Assembly (NCBI GenBank): GCA_043757105.1
Contig: JAYVPZ010000350.1
Span: 1 to 56,364 of the forward strand
DNA from: Aestuariivirga sp.
Lineage (GTDB): Bacteria > Pseudomonadota > Alphaproteobacteria > Rhizobiales > Aestuariivirgaceae
Length of the DNA stretch: 56,364 nucleotides
Reading direction: 5' to 3'
The notes below the pieces were generated by a model. The model was not told where the DNA came from and did no database searches. It saw only the letters and a program-made list of their open reading frames with translations. Positions 1 to 11,399 of this stretch are shown here, piece by piece; position 1 is the first letter of the stretch; every line of letters begins with the position of its first letter. Position numbers and translations under genes: made by a program.

Positions 1-753
1 CTAACGCGCACCGTTCAAACCGGATTTGAGCCAGACACGGGTAAGCCAATTTTCGAAAAAGAAGATATGGATTTGCAAACGCTTCCCTACATTGTCGTCA
101 TCATCGACGAAATGGCCGATCTTATGATGGTTGCGGGAAAAGACATTGAAGGTGCGGTCCAGCGCCTAGCGCAGATGGCCCGTGCTGCAGGTATTCACGT
201 TGTGATGGCAACGCAGCGTCCATCAGTTGACGTGATCACTGGCACCATTAAAGCCAACTTCCCAACCCGCATTTCATTCCAAGTGACATCAAAAATCGAT
301 AGCCGCACCATTTTAGGTGAGCAAGGTGCTGAACAACTTCTTGGTCAAGGCGATATGCTCTATATGGCAGGTGGCGGGCGCATTTCTCGTCTTCATGCAC
401 CATTTGTGACCGATAGCGAAGTTGAAGAAATCGTCAATCATTTAAAAGCCCAAGGCCAACCAGAATATGTTGAGGCCGTGACCGAAGAAGTCGACGAAGA
501 CGATATGGGCGGCGAGGGCGGCGGCATGGCAGGTGCAAATGGTGGTTCGGGTGATGAACTTTATGATCAAGCCGTGGCGGTGGTCTTGCGTGACAAGAAG
601 GTTTCAACCAGTTATGTGCAGCGGCGATTGCAAGTGGGCTATAACAAAGCGGCCAGCCTGATCGAGCGTATGGAAAAAGAAGGCTTGATTTCTCAGGCTA
701 ATGCCACAGGAAAGCGTGAGATTCTGGTTCCGGGGGATAGTGCACGCCTTTAG
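1..753 (+). CDS. ftsK: DNA translocase FtsK, C-terminal part (5' end outside window)
   Basis: Frame open from base 1; [39 protein letters not shown] motifs and C-terminal gamma domain ([17 protein letters not shown]). Confidence 0.97.
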   Translation, partial: LTRTVQTGFEPDTGKPIFEKEDMDLQTLPYIVVIIDEMADLMMVAGKDIEGAVQRLAQMARAAGIHVVMATQRPSVDVITGTIKANFPTRISFQVTSKIDSRTILGEQGAEQLLGQGDMLYMAGGGRISRLHAPFVTDSEVEEIVNHLKAQGQPEYVEAVTEEVDEDDMGGEGGGMAGANGGSGDELYDQAVAVVLRDKKVSTSYVQRRLQVGYNKAASLIERMEKEGLISQANATGKREILVPGDSARL

Positions 754-845
754 GCACAATCGCGCCGCAATATGGCCCGCTTGTGCGGCTAACAGATGTT
801 GAACTATAGCAATTGAACATGTTTCATGAGATTCGAAAGTTGAAA

Positions 846-1496
846 ATGACAAGAATTTTAAAATTGATCAGCTCGGTTCTGATCATCATTGGGTCACTAG
901 CGATTATGCCTTTCGCACAGGCGGCTCAAAAATATCCAAGCATCAGCCTCACTGCAAGCCAGAAACAGTCATTGCAAAAGATCAATGCGTTCCTAAACAG
1001 CTATCAAACAATGAAAAGTGATTTCACACAGATCAGCTCAAAGGGTCAGATGGCGCAGGGCGTTTTGTTGATCAATAAACCCGGTAAATTGCGCTTTGAA
1101 TATGCCGCTCCAAATCCAATGCTCATCGTGTCTGACGGGAGATGGCTGACCATTAAAAATCGCGTCAAGGAAAAGGGCGACCAGTTCCCACTTTCGGCAA
1201 CACCTCTGCGTTTGGTAGTTTCGCCTCAAATTGATTTGGCCGCAGAAACTGACGTGATTGGCTATGACAGCAAAGATGGAATCACCAGCATTTCTTTGGC
1301 TGATCGCAAAAGCTCCATGGGCGGTTATATTATCTTGGTGTTCGACGAACAACGCAATCAGTTGCAGCAATGGGTTATTGTCGACGGCAAAAATCGACGT
1401 ACAACAGTTCAATTGGCCAACATCGAAATTGGTGGCAAATTTGATCCAAAACTATTCATCGGTAAAATTGATCGGCCGGAAGGCAAATCCAATTAA
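846..1496 (+). CDS. lolA: Outer-membrane lipoprotein carrier LolA
   Basis: Signal peptide, FTQ...G...KPGKLRFEY...IVSDG motif, downstream of ftsK; start chosen at ATG 846 (ORF open from 813). Confidence 0.88.
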   Translation: MTRILKLISSVLIIIGSLAIMPFAQAAQKYPSISLTASQKQSLQKINAFLNSYQTMKSDFTQISSKGQMAQGVLLINKPGKLRFEYAAPNPMLIVSDGRWLTIKNRVKEKGDQFPLSATPLRLVVSPQIDLAAETDVIGYDSKDGITSISLADRKSSMGGYIILVFDEQRNQLQQWVIVDGKNRRTTVQLANIEIGGKFDPKLFIGKIDRPEGKSN

Positions 1497-1546
1497 TAAA
1501 AAATAAAAATCTTGCTCCAATTTATAGCCCGTGTCATTTGTTTGAC

Positions 1547-2362
1547 ATGGGCTTTTCACTTGCAACTTGGAACATAAACTCTGTCCGATTACGGATTGGT
1601 TTGGTTCAACGACTTTTAACTGAAACGCAACCTGATATTCTTTGCCTCCAAGAAACCAAATGCCCGCAGGGTCAATTTCCCTCAGGCCCACTCAATGACC
1701 TAGGCTACAAATATATCGCTGAATTAGGCCAAAAGGGCTATCACGGCGTGGCCATTGTTTCGCGCATTCCTTTTAACACCCAGCATTCACGCGATTTCTG
1801 CAATAAGGGCGATAGTCGTCATGTGAGTGTTCGCTTCGAGGGCGAAAAACCGTTTCTGCTGCATAATCTATACGTGCCTGCTGGAGGCGATGAAGCAGAC
1901 CCCGAAATAAATGAGAAATTTGCCCATAAGTTGGCTTTCATTGATGAGATGGAAGAGTGGTCAAAGGCTGATGCGATGCCAAAAGGTTATGGCGCCATTG
2001 TGGTTGGAGATCTTAATGTCGCTCCGCTTGAAAACGATGTTTGGTCGCACCGTGAGCTGGTAAAAGTCGTTAGCCATACGCCGATTGAAGTTGAAGGTTT
2101 TGGCCGCATTCAACAGGCCGGTGGTTGGCAGGATGTGATGCGCAATCATGTGCCTGCATCAAAAAAACTTTATACATGGTGGAGCTACCGCGCCAGAGAT
2201 TGGAACATAGCTGATCGCGGTCGAAGGTTAGATCATGTTTGGGCCACTAAGGATATTTCGGACAGCTGCACAAGTATTGAAGTCTTGCGCCATGTGCGCG
2301 GTTGGCCGCAACCTTCAGACCACGTTCCGGTGTTGGCGAAATTTGATTTCAATATCGCTTAA
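1547..2362 (+). CDS. xth: Exodeoxyribonuclease III
   Basis: TWNINSVR, CLQETK, GDLNVAP, YTWWSYR, RLDH and PSDHVPV motifs. Confidence 0.95.
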   Translation: MGFSLATWNINSVRLRIGLVQRLLTETQPDILCLQETKCPQGQFPSGPLNDLGYKYIAELGQKGYHGVAIVSRIPFNTQHSRDFCNKGDSRHVSVRFEGEKPFLLHNLYVPAGGDEADPEINEKFAHKLAFIDEMEEWSKADAMPKGYGAIVVGDLNVAPLENDVWSHRELVKVVSHTPIEVEGFGRIQQAGGWQDVMRNHVPASKKLYTWWSYRARDWNIADRGRRLDHVWATKDISDSCTSIEVLRHVRGWPQPSDHVPVLAKFDFNIA

Positions 2363-2823
2363 AGATCGGAAAATTTGCGGGCCTTGTTCATCAGCACTCG
2401 AACCGCTTCAAATTCACGAACTGACCCGACTAACTTTTCAGACAAATTGTGCAATACGACGCGGCCAAACTCAGGGTACTCTTTGGCAACCCTCAAGAAT
2501 AATTCATGACTGATCCGCGCGGTTGAAACCAAATCCAAGGCCTTAGCCGTTAGTGTGCTGGGATTGCCGCCGATCATCGCAATTTCGCCCAATAACGAGC
2601 CGGGTTCAGCGCGACCGATGCTATGTGCTGATTGGCGTAAATCGACACTTCCGTTGAGAACAAAAAAAGCCGCGCGGGCTTTTTTGCCCTCAGTCAAAAT
2701 CTCTTCGCCAACTGAAAACTCTTGGCGTTCGGCGGCAAACGCCATGATCTGCAAAGGCACAGATTCGCATTCCCGAAAGATTGGAATTTGGCGTAATGTC
2801 TCTGCGTCAGCCCGAACACTCAT
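2359..2823 (-). CDS. Cyclic nucleotide-binding domain protein
   Basis: LRQIPIF start and cNMP-domain signature (G.V...G.LLGEIAMI); overlaps xth stop by 4 nt. Confidence 0.85.
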   Translation of the reverse strand: MSVRADAETLRQIPIFRECESVPLQIMAFAAERQEFSVGEEILTEGKKARAAFFVLNGSVDLRQSAHSIGRAEPGSLLGEIAMIGGNPSTLTAKALDLVSTARISHELFLRVAKEYPEFGRVVLHNLSEKLVGSVREFEAVRVLMNKARKFSDL

Positions 2824-2882
2824 GCCCGATTTTGCCCCTTTAGCGAATCAGGCATTCCTTTGACTGCGATTAAGCTGTGAAA

Positions 2883-3569
2883 TCAAGGGATCAGCTTATA
2901 GCCGCCACCTTCTGTCACCAAGATTTCAGCATGAGATGGATCACGTTCAATCTTCTGGCGCAGACGGTAAATATGAGTTTCGAGTGTGTGCGTGGAAACC
3001 CCAGCATTATAACCCCAAACATCAGCCAACAATGTTTCGCGGCTCATGCTTTGTTCGCCTGACCGATAAAGGAACTTGATAATCGACGTTTCCTTTTCCG
3101 TCAGTCTCACTTTCTTGTTGTCATCACGTATCAACACTTTGCTGGCGGGCTTGAAAGTATAAGGCCCAATTTGGAAAACCGCATCTTCGCTATGTTCATG
3201 CTGGCGCAAATGTGAGCGGATGCGTGCCAACAAAACCGCAAAGCGGAAAGGTTTGGTCACGTAGTCATTGGCTCCAGAGTCGAGACCCAAAATTGTATCT
3301 GAGTCTGAGCCTTGCGCAGTTAACATAACAATTGGCCCCTTAAAACCATTACGGCGCATAATTTTACAGGCTTCACGACCGTCCATGTCGGGCAGGTTCA
3401 CATCGAGAATCACAATATCGGCATGATCGGCTTTGAGTAGCTTTATGCCCGCTGTGGCAGTGGCCGCATCAGAAACAACAAACTCATCATGAAGGCTGAA
3501 TTGTTCCTTCAGGGTTTCGCGCAATGTATCATCGTCATCAACAAGCAGAATTTTTTTGGTCGTCGACAT
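2883..3569 (-). CDS. OmpR-family two-component response regulator
   Basis: Receiver (ILLVDDD, ILDVNLPD, GANDYVTKPF) plus winged helix (LTEKE, TLETHIYRLRQKIE, GGYKL). Confidence 0.95.
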   Translation of the reverse strand: MSTTKKILLVDDDDTLRETLKEQFSLHDEFVVSDAATATAGIKLLKADHADIVILDVNLPDMDGREACKIMRRNGFKGPIVMLTAQGSDSDTILGLDSGANDYVTKPFRFAVLLARIRSHLRQHEHSEDAVFQIGPYTFKPASKVLIRDDNKKVRLTEKETSIIKFLYRSGEQSMSRETLLADVWGYNAGVSTHTLETHIYRLRQKIERDPSHAEILVTEGGGYKLIP

Positions 3570-3655
3570 TTGTAAATTCTCGCAGTTTCATTTTTGAGTG
3601 AACTTCATGTTATGCTCAATGCCGCAAGTAGGGCAGATGGACAACACAACTCACC

Positions 3656-4177
3656 GTGAGCAAAATCATAACACATCTTCACATCCGCGCGATTAACGCG
3701 TGTTCAAGCCAGGGCATATTAACCATTGGTGCTACAGATTTTCCATGCCGGTTAGGTAAAACCGGGCGGCGCTTCCGAAAAATTGAGGGTGATGGCGCAA
3801 GTCCGATTGGTGTTTTCAAGCTTGAGCAGCTCTATTACAGAGCCGACAAAATGTTACGCCCCCGAATCAAACTGAAATCGCGAGCGCTAGAAAGATGCGA
3901 TGGCTGGTGCGATGCGCCTCAGCATTTTGGCTATAATCGCTTTATAAAGCTTCCTTTTGCGGCAAGTCATGAAAAGCTTTGGCGTGATGATAGGGCATAC
4001 GACATTGTGGTTGCAACAAGTCACAATCAACGTCCGCGCATTAGAGGATTGGGCAGCGCTATTTTTCTGCATGTCACAGACGGAACAAAAGGAACTGAGG
4101 GCTGCATCGCTCTCTCAGAAAAACATTTGCGCATAGTGCTGGCACGCTGCGCAAAACATACAAGACTTATAATTTGA
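3656..4177 (+). CDS. L,D-transpeptidase (YkuD-like) family protein
   Basis: EGDGASPIG and GSAIFLH...TEGCIAL catalytic His/Cys motif. Confidence 0.85.
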   Translation: MSKIITHLHIRAINACSSQGILTIGATDFPCRLGKTGRRFRKIEGDGASPIGVFKLEQLYYRADKMLRPRIKLKSRALERCDGWCDAPQHFGYNRFIKLPFAASHEKLWRDDRAYDIVVATSHNQRPRIRGLGSAIFLHVTDGTKGTEGCIALSEKHLRIVLARCAKHTRLII

Positions 4178-4178
4178 C

Positions 4179-4859
4179 CTAGTTCGGGATTGCCTTCGGC
4201 CTTACTCCGAAAATAGCTGAGCCCACGCGAACCCAATTGGCACCTTCAGCAATTGCGATTTCAAAATCTGAACTCATGCCCATCGACAACACTGAAAGTC
4301 GGTGTGCCTGAGCCATTGATTTCAACGTTTGAAAATGAGGTCTAGGATCTTCTTCGGCTGGTGGAATGCACATAAGACCAATCAGGTGCTCGCCGAGTTG
4401 TGCTTTTGCCTCGGCCATGAAAGATTCAAATTCTTCCGGAAGTATTCCAGCTTTCTGAATTTCGCGCCCTGTGTTCACCTGCACTAGCGTTTTTGTGTTC
4501 GCTTTTTGCTTCCGAATCTCGTGCGCAAGTGCTGTAACCAGTTTCGAACGATCCACTGTTTGGATAACATCAAACAGCTTCACAGCATCGACAACCTTAT
4601 TGCTTTGAAGCGGTCCAATCAGATGAAGTTCAATTTTAGTATAGCGCTGTCGCAATTCTGGCCATTTTTTTTGCGCTTCTTGAACACGGTTTTCACCAAA
4701 CACCCGCTGGCCTGCGGCCAACACAGGATCAATCTCTTCGACTTCAAATGTCTTGCTGATGGCAATGAGTTTGACATCGCTCACCGAACGGCCAACTGCA
4801 ATTGAGGATTGTTTAATCCGTTTTTGGACAGACATTAGTTGTTCTTGAGATTGGGTCAT
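4179..4859 (-). CDS. yggS: Pyridoxal phosphate homeostasis protein (YggS family)
   Basis: [43 protein letters not shown]; start set at ATG 4859 because the longer ORF overlaps leuS. Confidence 0.93.
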   Translation of the reverse strand: MTQSQEQLMSVQKRIKQSSIAVGRSVSDVKLIAISKTFEVEEIDPVLAAGQRVFGENRVQEAQKKWPELRQRYTKIELHLIGPLQSNKVVDAVKLFDVIQTVDRSKLVTALAHEIRKQKANTKTLVQVNTGREIQKAGILPEEFESFMAEAKAQLGEHLIGLMCIPPAEEDPRPHFQTLKSMAQAHRLSVLSMGMSSDFEIAIAEGANWVRVGSAIFGVRPKAIPN

Positions 4860-4945
4860 ATCGCATCCTTTATGACCACGCTTGCGGCACTTTTCAAGGA
4901 CTGGTACGTGGAGTTTAAACGACATAGAGTTTGAAGGAATTTGGC

Positions 4946-7531
4946 GTGGCCATAGAACGTTATAATCATCGCGAAGTCGAACCGAAATGGCAGAAGTTTT
5001 GGACGGAAAGCCGTTCATTCGAAGCCAGGGAAGATGTTTCGCGCCCGAAATATTATGTTTTAGAAATGTTCCCTTATCCATCGGGGCGCATCCATATGGG
5101 CCATGTGCGCAACTACACGATGGGCGACGTGATTGCCCGTTTCCGCCGGGCTTGTGGCTATAATGTGCTTCATCCAATGGGTTGGGATGCATTTGGTATG
5201 CCTGCTGAAAATGCGGCCATTGAACGAGGTATTCATCCCAAAACTTGGACTTATGAAAACATTGCAGCGATGCGCAAGCAACTCAAATCCATGGGATTAG
5301 CCATTGATTGGTCGCGTGAATTTGCCACCTGTGACCCATCTTATTACCGCCATGAACAAGCGATGTTTATTGATTTTATGAAAGCTGGACTGGTTGATCG
5401 CCGGGTGTCTTTGGTAAATTGGGATCCTGTAGATCAAACCGTTTTGGCCAATGAACAAGTGATTGACGGCAAAGGTTGGCGATCTGGTACTGCTGTTGAG
5501 AAGCGAGAGCTGGCCCAGTGGTTTTTAAAGATCACCACTTATGGTGATGAACTGTTGAGTGCGTTAGATGGTCTCGATAAATGGCCAGATAAAGTTCGTC
5601 TCATGCAGAAGAATTGGATTGGGCGTTCTGAAGGTTTGCGATTCACATTCGATATTGAAGACGCAACGGGTAAATTAGTCGATGGCGGATTGTCAGTTTA
5701 TACAACGCGTCATGATACAATTTTTGGTGCAAGTTTCTGCGCCGTTTCGGCCGATCATCCATTGGCAAAGCAAGCAGCGGAAGCCAATCCTGCTGTTGAA
5801 GCATTCCGCAAAGAAGTGGCAGCTCTGGGCACAAGCGAAGAAAATATTGAACGTGCAGAAAAGCGCGGCTGTGCGCTTGGACTGTACGCGCGTCATCCGT
5901 TTGATCCTAACGTGAAGCTTCCAATCTATGCAGCTAATTTTGTGTTGATGGGTTATGGCGAGGGTGCAATTTTTGGCTGCCCAGCCCATGATCAACGTGA
6001 CTGGGATTTTGCAACGAAGTATGATTTGCCCATCAAGCCAGTCGTAGCACCGCGCGGGGTTGATACACTTCTCGGAAACGAACCATATCTTGAAAAGGAT
6101 GGCGATGATTGTGTCTTGGTAAATTCACAATTTCTGAACGGCATGAATGTTGAACAGGCAAAAGCAGAAGTCGCCAAGCGAATGAAAGCGTCCGGCCAAG
6201 GCGAAGTGCGAGTTAATTTCCGGCTTCGTGATTGGGGCGTGTCACGCCAACGTTATTGGGGTTGTCCTATCCCCGTTGTGCATTGCAAGGATTGTGGCAT
6301 CGTTCCGGTTCCAAAAAATCAATTGCCAGTCGAACTGCCCGATGATGTGAAGTTTGATAAGCCTGGCAACCCACTGCTGCACCACCCCACGTGGAAAAAT
6401 ACAAACTGCCCCAAATGCAATGAACCTGCACAGCGCGAGACTGATACGTTCGATACTTTCATTGACTCGTCATGGTATTACGCCCGCTTTGCGTCACCTC
6501 ATGCGGATATTCCGGTTAATCAGGACGCATCGAAATATTGGTTGCCAGTTGATCAATATATTGGTGGCGTTGAGCACGCCATTTTGCATCTGCTCTATTC
6601 GCGTTTCTATGCCAGAGCGATGAAGAAAACAGGCCATCTGAATGTTGAGGAGCCGTTTGCCAGCTTGTTCACGCAAGGCATGGTGATTCACGAGACATTT
6701 AAGACTGTTTCTGGGGAATGGGTGTTGCCGACCGATGCGGTGAACAAAGATGGCGCTTGGGTTCATGCTAATACGGGCGAGTCGCTTGAAATTGGCGGCG
6801 TTGAAAAGATGTCGAAGTCGAAGCGCAACGTGATTGATCCCGACACGATTATTGAATCTTATGGGGCTGATACTGCACGTTGGTTTATGCTGTCAGATAC
6901 GCCACCTGAACGTGATATTGAGTGGACTGAAGCAGGGGCTGAAGGGTCGTGGCGCTTTACGCAAAAGATTTGGCGTATGGTAAATGAAATAGCCGACCTG
7001 CCGAAGTCTGATTTGTCGAGTGACGGCGATGGATTAGGTCTGCGCCGTATCGCCCACCGCACAGTGGCGTCGGTGACGGACGATCTGAACAACTTGCGTT
7101 TCAACCGCGCCATTGCGCGGATCTATGAATTATCAAATGCTATTGGACAGGCTTTGCAAGGCGCAAACAAAAGTGAAAGCCTGAATGCTGCGTTGCATGA
7201 AGCGGGTGCTTTTTTAGTAGCTTTGATGGCGCCAATGATGCCCCATTTGGCCGAAGAATCTTGGAAAGTCTTGGGTCATTCAGTTGCTGTAGTTGACAGT
7301 AAATGGCCAAGCATCTTGCCGGAGCTTGTGGCAGTTGACGAAGTGACCATTGCCGTTCAAATTAACGGCAAGCGTCGCGATGAGATCACGGTTGCAAAAG
7401 GTCTCGACCGTGCTGCTGTAGAGGCGAAAGCTTTGGCGCTAGAATCTGTAATGCGGTTGCTAGATGGTAAGCTCGTCAAGAAGGTAATTGTTGTGCCAGA
7501 ACGTATCGTCAATATTGTGTGTGAGGGCTGA
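4946..7531 (+). CDS. leuS: Leucine--tRNA ligase
   Basis: MFPYPSG-HMGH and KMSKS motifs; GTG start with AAGGA RBS at 4934. Confidence 0.98.
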   Translation: MAIERYNHREVEPKWQKFWTESRSFEAREDVSRPKYYVLEMFPYPSGRIHMGHVRNYTMGDVIARFRRACGYNVLHPMGWDAFGMPAENAAIERGIHPKTWTYENIAAMRKQLKSMGLAIDWSREFATCDPSYYRHEQAMFIDFMKAGLVDRRVSLVNWDPVDQTVLANEQVIDGKGWRSGTAVEKRELAQWFLKITTYGDELLSALDGLDKWPDKVRLMQKNWIGRSEGLRFTFDIEDATGKLVDGGLSVYTTRHDTIFGASFCAVSADHPLAKQAAEANPAVEAFRKEVAALGTSEENIERAEKRGCALGLYARHPFDPNVKLPIYAANFVLMGYGEGAIFGCPAHDQRDWDFATKYDLPIKPVVAPRGVDTLLGNEPYLEKDGDDCVLVNSQFLNGMNVEQAKAEVAKRMKASGQGEVRVNFRLRDWGVSRQRYWGCPIPVVHCKDCGIVPVPKNQLPVELPDDVKFDKPGNPLLHHPTWKNTNCPKCNEPAQRETDTFDTFIDSSWYYARFASPHADIPVNQDASKYWLPVDQYIGGVEHAILHLLYSRFYARAMKKTGHLNVEEPFASLFTQGMVIHETFKTVSGEWVLPTDAVNKDGAWVHANTGESLEIGGVEKMSKSKRNVIDPDTIIESYGADTARWFMLSDTPPERDIEWTEAGAEGSWRFTQKIWRMVNEIADLPKSDLSSDGDGLGLRRIAHRTVASVTDDLNNLRFNRAIARIYELSNAIGQALQGANKSESLNAALHEAGAFLVALMAPMMPHLAEESWKVLGHSVAVVDSKWPSILPELVAVDEVTIAVQINGKRRDEITVAKGLDRAAVEAKALALESVMRLLDGKLVKKVIVVPERIVNIVCEG

Positions 7532-8028
7532 TGCATAAGTCGGTGACATTGTGGGTTTGTGCTTGTCTTTTTGTTTTGACGGGTTGCGCTTCTTATCGTC
7601 CGCTTTATGGAACAGGACCAAGCGGTGGAAGTGTTTCATCAACACTGGCTTCAGTTGCCATCCCTGAACAGCATTCGCGCAGTGCGCAATTAATACGCAA
7701 TGAACTATTATCTACGATGGGCACCGGTACAGCGCGGTTTGGCCTCAAGTTGACGGTAACTGAAAAGACGATTGATGTTTCAGTATTGTCTGCGTCTAGT
7801 TTACGTCGCAAGAGGTTTAATCTGACTTCACATTATGAATTGGTGAATGTTGCCTCAGGTGATGTTTTGACATCGGGTGATAGTTTTTCAAATGTGTCAT
7901 TTGATACTGTACGTCAACCTGTCGCTGATTTGCAGGCCGCAAACAATGCAATGGAACGCGCGGCTCAAGAAGTGGGCCAAGATTTGCGGCAGCGCATTGC
8001 AGCTTATTTTGCCGATCATCCGGCTTGA
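7531..8028 (+). CDS. lptE: LPS assembly lipoprotein LptE
   Basis: Lipobox LTGC followed by YRPLYG; leuS-lptE-holA order. Confidence 0.85.
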   Translation: MHKSVTLWVCACLFVLTGCASYRPLYGTGPSGGSVSSTLASVAIPEQHSRSAQLIRNELLSTMGTGTARFGLKLTVTEKTIDVSVLSASSLRRKRFNLTSHYELVNVASGDVLTSGDSFSNVSFDTVRQPVADLQAANNAMERAAQEVGQDLRQRIAAYFADHPA

Positions 8029-8037
8029 GATTGCGGA

Positions 8038-9069
8038 TTGTCGGTTCTCCGCGAAGATGGTTTTGACCAATTTTTGAAACGCCAAGTATCGTCGTTTAAC
8101 GGTGTGCTCGTTCATGGAGCTGACAGTGCCGCAGTGGCCAGCTTTGGACGACAGATTGTGAGAGCAATTGCTGGGGGTGGGGAAGCCGAGCGGTACGATT
8201 CAAGCATTCTCAAAGAAGGTGCTGGTCGCATTCAGGACGAATTTTATTCGTTATCGCTTCTGGGTGATCGCAGGGTGTTGTGGATTGATGATGTTGGCGA
8301 TGCTCATCTGAAAGTGTTGACCGGCATTATTTCGTCAGACCAATCAGCCAATTTTGTTTTTTTAAGCGCTGACGCTCTAACAAAAACTTCCAAGCTTCGG
8401 GTGGCCTGCGAGGAAGCACTCAAATTTGGGTCACTCGCTTTATATGAGGAGGGCATTGACGCTGTCCGCAGTCGGTTAGGAACTCTGATTTCAAAAGCGG
8501 GTGTAAAGTGGGATGCTGGCGCAGAAGAAACGTTTCTGGAAATTGTTGGGATTGACCGAAGCATTGTGACTCAAGAATTGGAAAAACTGATACTTTATTG
8601 TTTTGGCCAGACCGTCATTTCAAGTGTTGATGTTTTAGCAGTCTGTGGGGACACGGCGTCTTCGAGTTCTGATGGGTTGATCGATGCCATGTTGCTGGGG
8701 GATCTTGATTTGGTCGACCGGATGTTTGGAAATTTAGAGGGTGATAGTGGTGGGCAGCGTATGATTTTGTCGTCGTGCCTTTCCCATGTGGTGAGGCTTC
8801 AAGAACTGCGGGGTATCATGGACAACGGTGCAAATGTTGACACAGTCATCCGTGGTGCGCGGCCTCCTATATTTTTCAAGCGACAAACGACTGTCATTTC
8901 ACAACTTCGCAGATTCGATGCAACTGAATTGCTGGCGATGCAGCAGTCTCTTGCAGCCTCAATTTTTCAAGCGCGCAAGAATGCTGACTTGAGTGATGCT
9001 ATCACTAGCCGCACCTTATTGTCCTTGGCGCGGCTCGCCCGCTCTAGATCAACCGACCGACGCAGTTAG
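8038..9069 (+). CDS. holA: DNA polymerase III subunit delta
   Basis: LVHGAD, SLLGDRRV, QELEKLILY, RPPIFFKR motifs; synteny. Confidence 0.9.
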   Translation: MSVLREDGFDQFLKRQVSSFNGVLVHGADSAAVASFGRQIVRAIAGGGEAERYDSSILKEGAGRIQDEFYSLSLLGDRRVLWIDDVGDAHLKVLTGIISSDQSANFVFLSADALTKTSKLRVACEEALKFGSLALYEEGIDAVRSRLGTLISKAGVKWDAGAEETFLEIVGIDRSIVTQELEKLILYCFGQTVISSVDVLAVCGDTASSSSDGLIDAMLLGDLDLVDRMFGNLEGDSGGQRMILSSCLSHVVRLQELRGIMDNGANVDTVIRGARPPIFFKRQTTVISQLRRFDATELLAMQQSLAASIFQARKNADLSDAITSRTLLSLARLARSRSTDRRS

Positions 9070-9921
9070 TTTGCGGATCACGTCGTCTAATTGTTCAAGT
9101 GATTTATAGCTGATCAACACAGAACCGCCGCCTGAGAGTTTATGCTTGATAATAGTGCTAAGCCCCAACGCTTCGGTAAGCGTTTTTTCAAGCGCACGGG
9201 TATCAGCGTCTTTTTCTGAAACATAGCCTTTGATCGTGGGAGCAACTGAATTGGTACGCGCAAGTTCTTCCGCTTCCCGCACGGTGAGGCCAAGCTTGAT
9301 AATCTGGTCGGCCATTTCAGCGGGATATTCTGTGGCAACCAGAGAGCGTGCATGACCCGCCGTCAACTTTCCATTTTCAATCTGAATTTGAATCGCTTCC
9401 GGCAAGCTGAGCAATCGCATCGTATTAGCAATATGACTGCGGCTTTTGCCAATCGAGTCTGCCAATTGTTGCTGGGTATAATTATATTGGTCCATCAGTT
9501 GACGGTAAGCGCGCGCTTCTTCGAGCGCGTTAAGATCGCTCCGTTGGATATTTTCGATGAGAGCTATTTCAAGCGTTTCGCGGTCGTCAAGTTCACGGAT
9601 CAGCACTGGCAATTCATGAATGCCTGCGCGCTGACTAGCCCGCCAACGCCGTTCACCAGCAACAATTTCGAAGGAACCATCAGCACGCGGCCGCACGACC
9701 AAAGGCTGGAGCAAGCCTTTATCTTTAAGAGACTTGGCGAGGCTTTCTAAATCTTCTTCGGCAAAATGCTTGCGCGGATTATTGGGATTAGGATGGAGCA
9801 GCTCAACAGGAACATGGCGCAGAGTGCGAATGTCTTGCACGATCGCCTCTTCAGTCGTGTCATCTCCAATAAGAGCGGCCAGGCCTCGTCCCAATCTGCG
9901 TTTTTGTACCTGAGTCATCAA
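9049..9921 (-). CDS. parB: Chromosome partitioning protein ParB
   Basis: LGRGLAALI, NPRKHF, AGERRWRA, ENIQRSDL and HTH. Confidence 0.97.
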   Translation of the reverse strand: MMTQVQKRRLGRGLAALIGDDTTEEAIVQDIRTLRHVPVELLHPNPNNPRKHFAEEDLESLAKSLKDKGLLQPLVVRPRADGSFEIVAGERRWRASQRAGIHELPVLIRELDDRETLEIALIENIQRSDLNALEEARAYRQLMDQYNYTQQQLADSIGKSRSHIANTMRLLSLPEAIQIQIENGKLTAGHARSLVATEYPAEMADQIIKLGLTVREAEELARTNSVAPTIKGYVSEKDADTRALEKTLTEALGLSTIIKHKLSGGGSVLISYKSLEQLDDVIRKLTASVG

Positions 9922-9970
9922 TATTATCCTGTATTGTTTTTTGGCTCAGAATGTTTCTGTACCGAATCGA

Positions 9971-10783
9971 TTATGCCGCACGTAATTCTCGTTCTCTTTT
10001 AATCACTTCCGACGCAAGCTTAATGTAGGCCTGAGAGCCCACACAAGTATGATCATAGAGCAGAACGGGTTTACCATAAGACGGTGCTTCTGAAATGCGA
10101 ACATTGCGCGGAATGACCGTTTGATAGACTTTGTCCCCAAGAACTTCGCGCACGTCGGCTGCAACTTGGTCAGACAGGCTGTTGCGCTTGTCGAACATCG
10201 TCAACACTACGCCTTGAATGATCAGACGAGGATTGAGTGTTGTACGAACGCGGTCAACGGTTTTGAGGAGCTGGCTCAGTCCTTCAAGTGCAAAAAACTC
10301 GCACTGCAATGGCACTAAGATAGCATCAGCGGCTGTCAGGGAGTTGATGGTCAAAAGGTTCAAAGACGGTGGACAATCAATAAGAATGTAAGAGTATTTG
10401 CGGTGCGGTAGTTTTCGCATCCGTGCAATTGCGTCTGTCAGCCGATGAGTTTTGCGCTCCAAATCGGAAAGTTCAATTTCAGCACCTAACAGATCAATTG
10501 TTGCGGGCACACAATGAAGCCTCGGTATGGCCGAGGTTACAATCACCTGATCAAGTTCAGCTTCGCCAATCAGAACATGGTATGACGATTTTTGATTTTG
10601 TTTGCGGGAAATACCAAGACCTGTGCTGGCATTTCCTTGCGGATCAAGATCAACAACCAATACGGATTCACCCACTGCCGCCAACGCCGTACCAAGATTG
10701 ATTGCGGTCGTAGTTTTTCCAACACCGCCTTTTTGGTTGGCGATAGCAAGAATGCGAGGCGAGTTACCTTCGGCATTAAACAT
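9971..10783 (-). CDS. parA: Chromosome partitioning ATPase ParA
   Basis: NQKGGVGKTTT deviant Walker A, DLDPQGN, IDCPP, EAPSYGKP. Confidence 0.97.
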   Translation of the reverse strand: MFNAEGNSPRILAIANQKGGVGKTTTAINLGTALAAVGESVLVVDLDPQGNASTGLGISRKQNQKSSYHVLIGEAELDQVIVTSAIPRLHCVPATIDLLGAEIELSDLERKTHRLTDAIARMRKLPHRKYSYILIDCPPSLNLLTINSLTAADAILVPLQCEFFALEGLSQLLKTVDRVRTTLNPRLIIQGVVLTMFDKRNSLSDQVAADVREVLGDKVYQTVIPRNVRISEAPSYGKPVLLYDHTCVGSQAYIKLASEVIKRERELRAA

Positions 10784-11399
10784 GGGCGATCTCCTTGACC
10801 TCCAATATGACCGATTGCGAATCGGTTATGCTTGGATGACTATTATACGATATTTTCCATGATTTAGCAGCTTCCGTCAGTTCCGCTTGGCATTCTTGTC
10901 CCTTGTGGAAAAGTGCAATAGCCCCGTCGCGCATAAAGGGTTCGGCATGTCCGAGAAGCATGGGCAAAGGTGCAAAGGCCCGAGCTGTTACCAATTGCAC
11001 CTGCGGGATTTGGGGTGGCGCTTGCATTGGTTCCAAGCGTTCACGATGAACTTTGCCAGTAACTTTCAAATGCCTCAGCGCTTCTTGGAGAAATGCTGTT
11101 TTCTTGGCATTTGCTTCAAAAAAATGAACTTCGGCACTTTGTGTAGCCGCCAAAACCAGACCAGGAAATCCGCCGCCTGAACCCAAATCGGCAATGGAAA
11201 CTGTATTTTTAGGGATCAAACGGAGCAATTGCAGACTATCTATAATATGACGGTTCCATAAGTCTGGAAGTGTCGAATTGGACACCAAATTGATATGGGC
11301 CTGCCATGTGATCAAAAGTTTTTCTAGAACTAACAGTCGGTCAAATGATTCACGTGAAACACCAAACTTGGCTATGTCTTCAAAAATAGGCGTTGGCAT
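10776..11399 (-). CDS. rsmG: 16S rRNA m7G527 methyltransferase RsmG (GidB)
   Basis: RHIIDS, DLGSGGGFPG, VTARAFAPL motifs; mnmG-rsmG-parA order. Confidence 0.95.
   Translation of the reverse strand: MPTPIFEDIAKFGVSRESFDRLLVLEKLLITWQAHINLVSNSTLPDLWNRHIIDSLQLLRLIPKNTVSIADLGSGGGFPGLVLAATQSAEVHFFEANAKKTAFLQEALRHLKVTGKVHRERLEPMQAPPQIPQVQLVTARAFAPLPMLLGHAEPFMRDGAIALFHKGQECQAELTEAAKSWKISYNSHPSITDSQSVILEVKEIAHV
11346..11361. promoter_or_regulatory. parS centromere site (inside rsmG)
   Basis: TGATTCACGTGAAACA, one mismatch to the palindrome TGTTTCACGTGAAACA. Confidence 0.85.

Noticed and set aside
4860-5192. Long N-terminal extensions in the ORF track (yggS; also rho, secB, ahcY, pyrF, cmk, FYDLN, DUF2924)
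   Set aside because: They overlap neighbouring genes or promoters; downstream starts fit family length and often have an RBS
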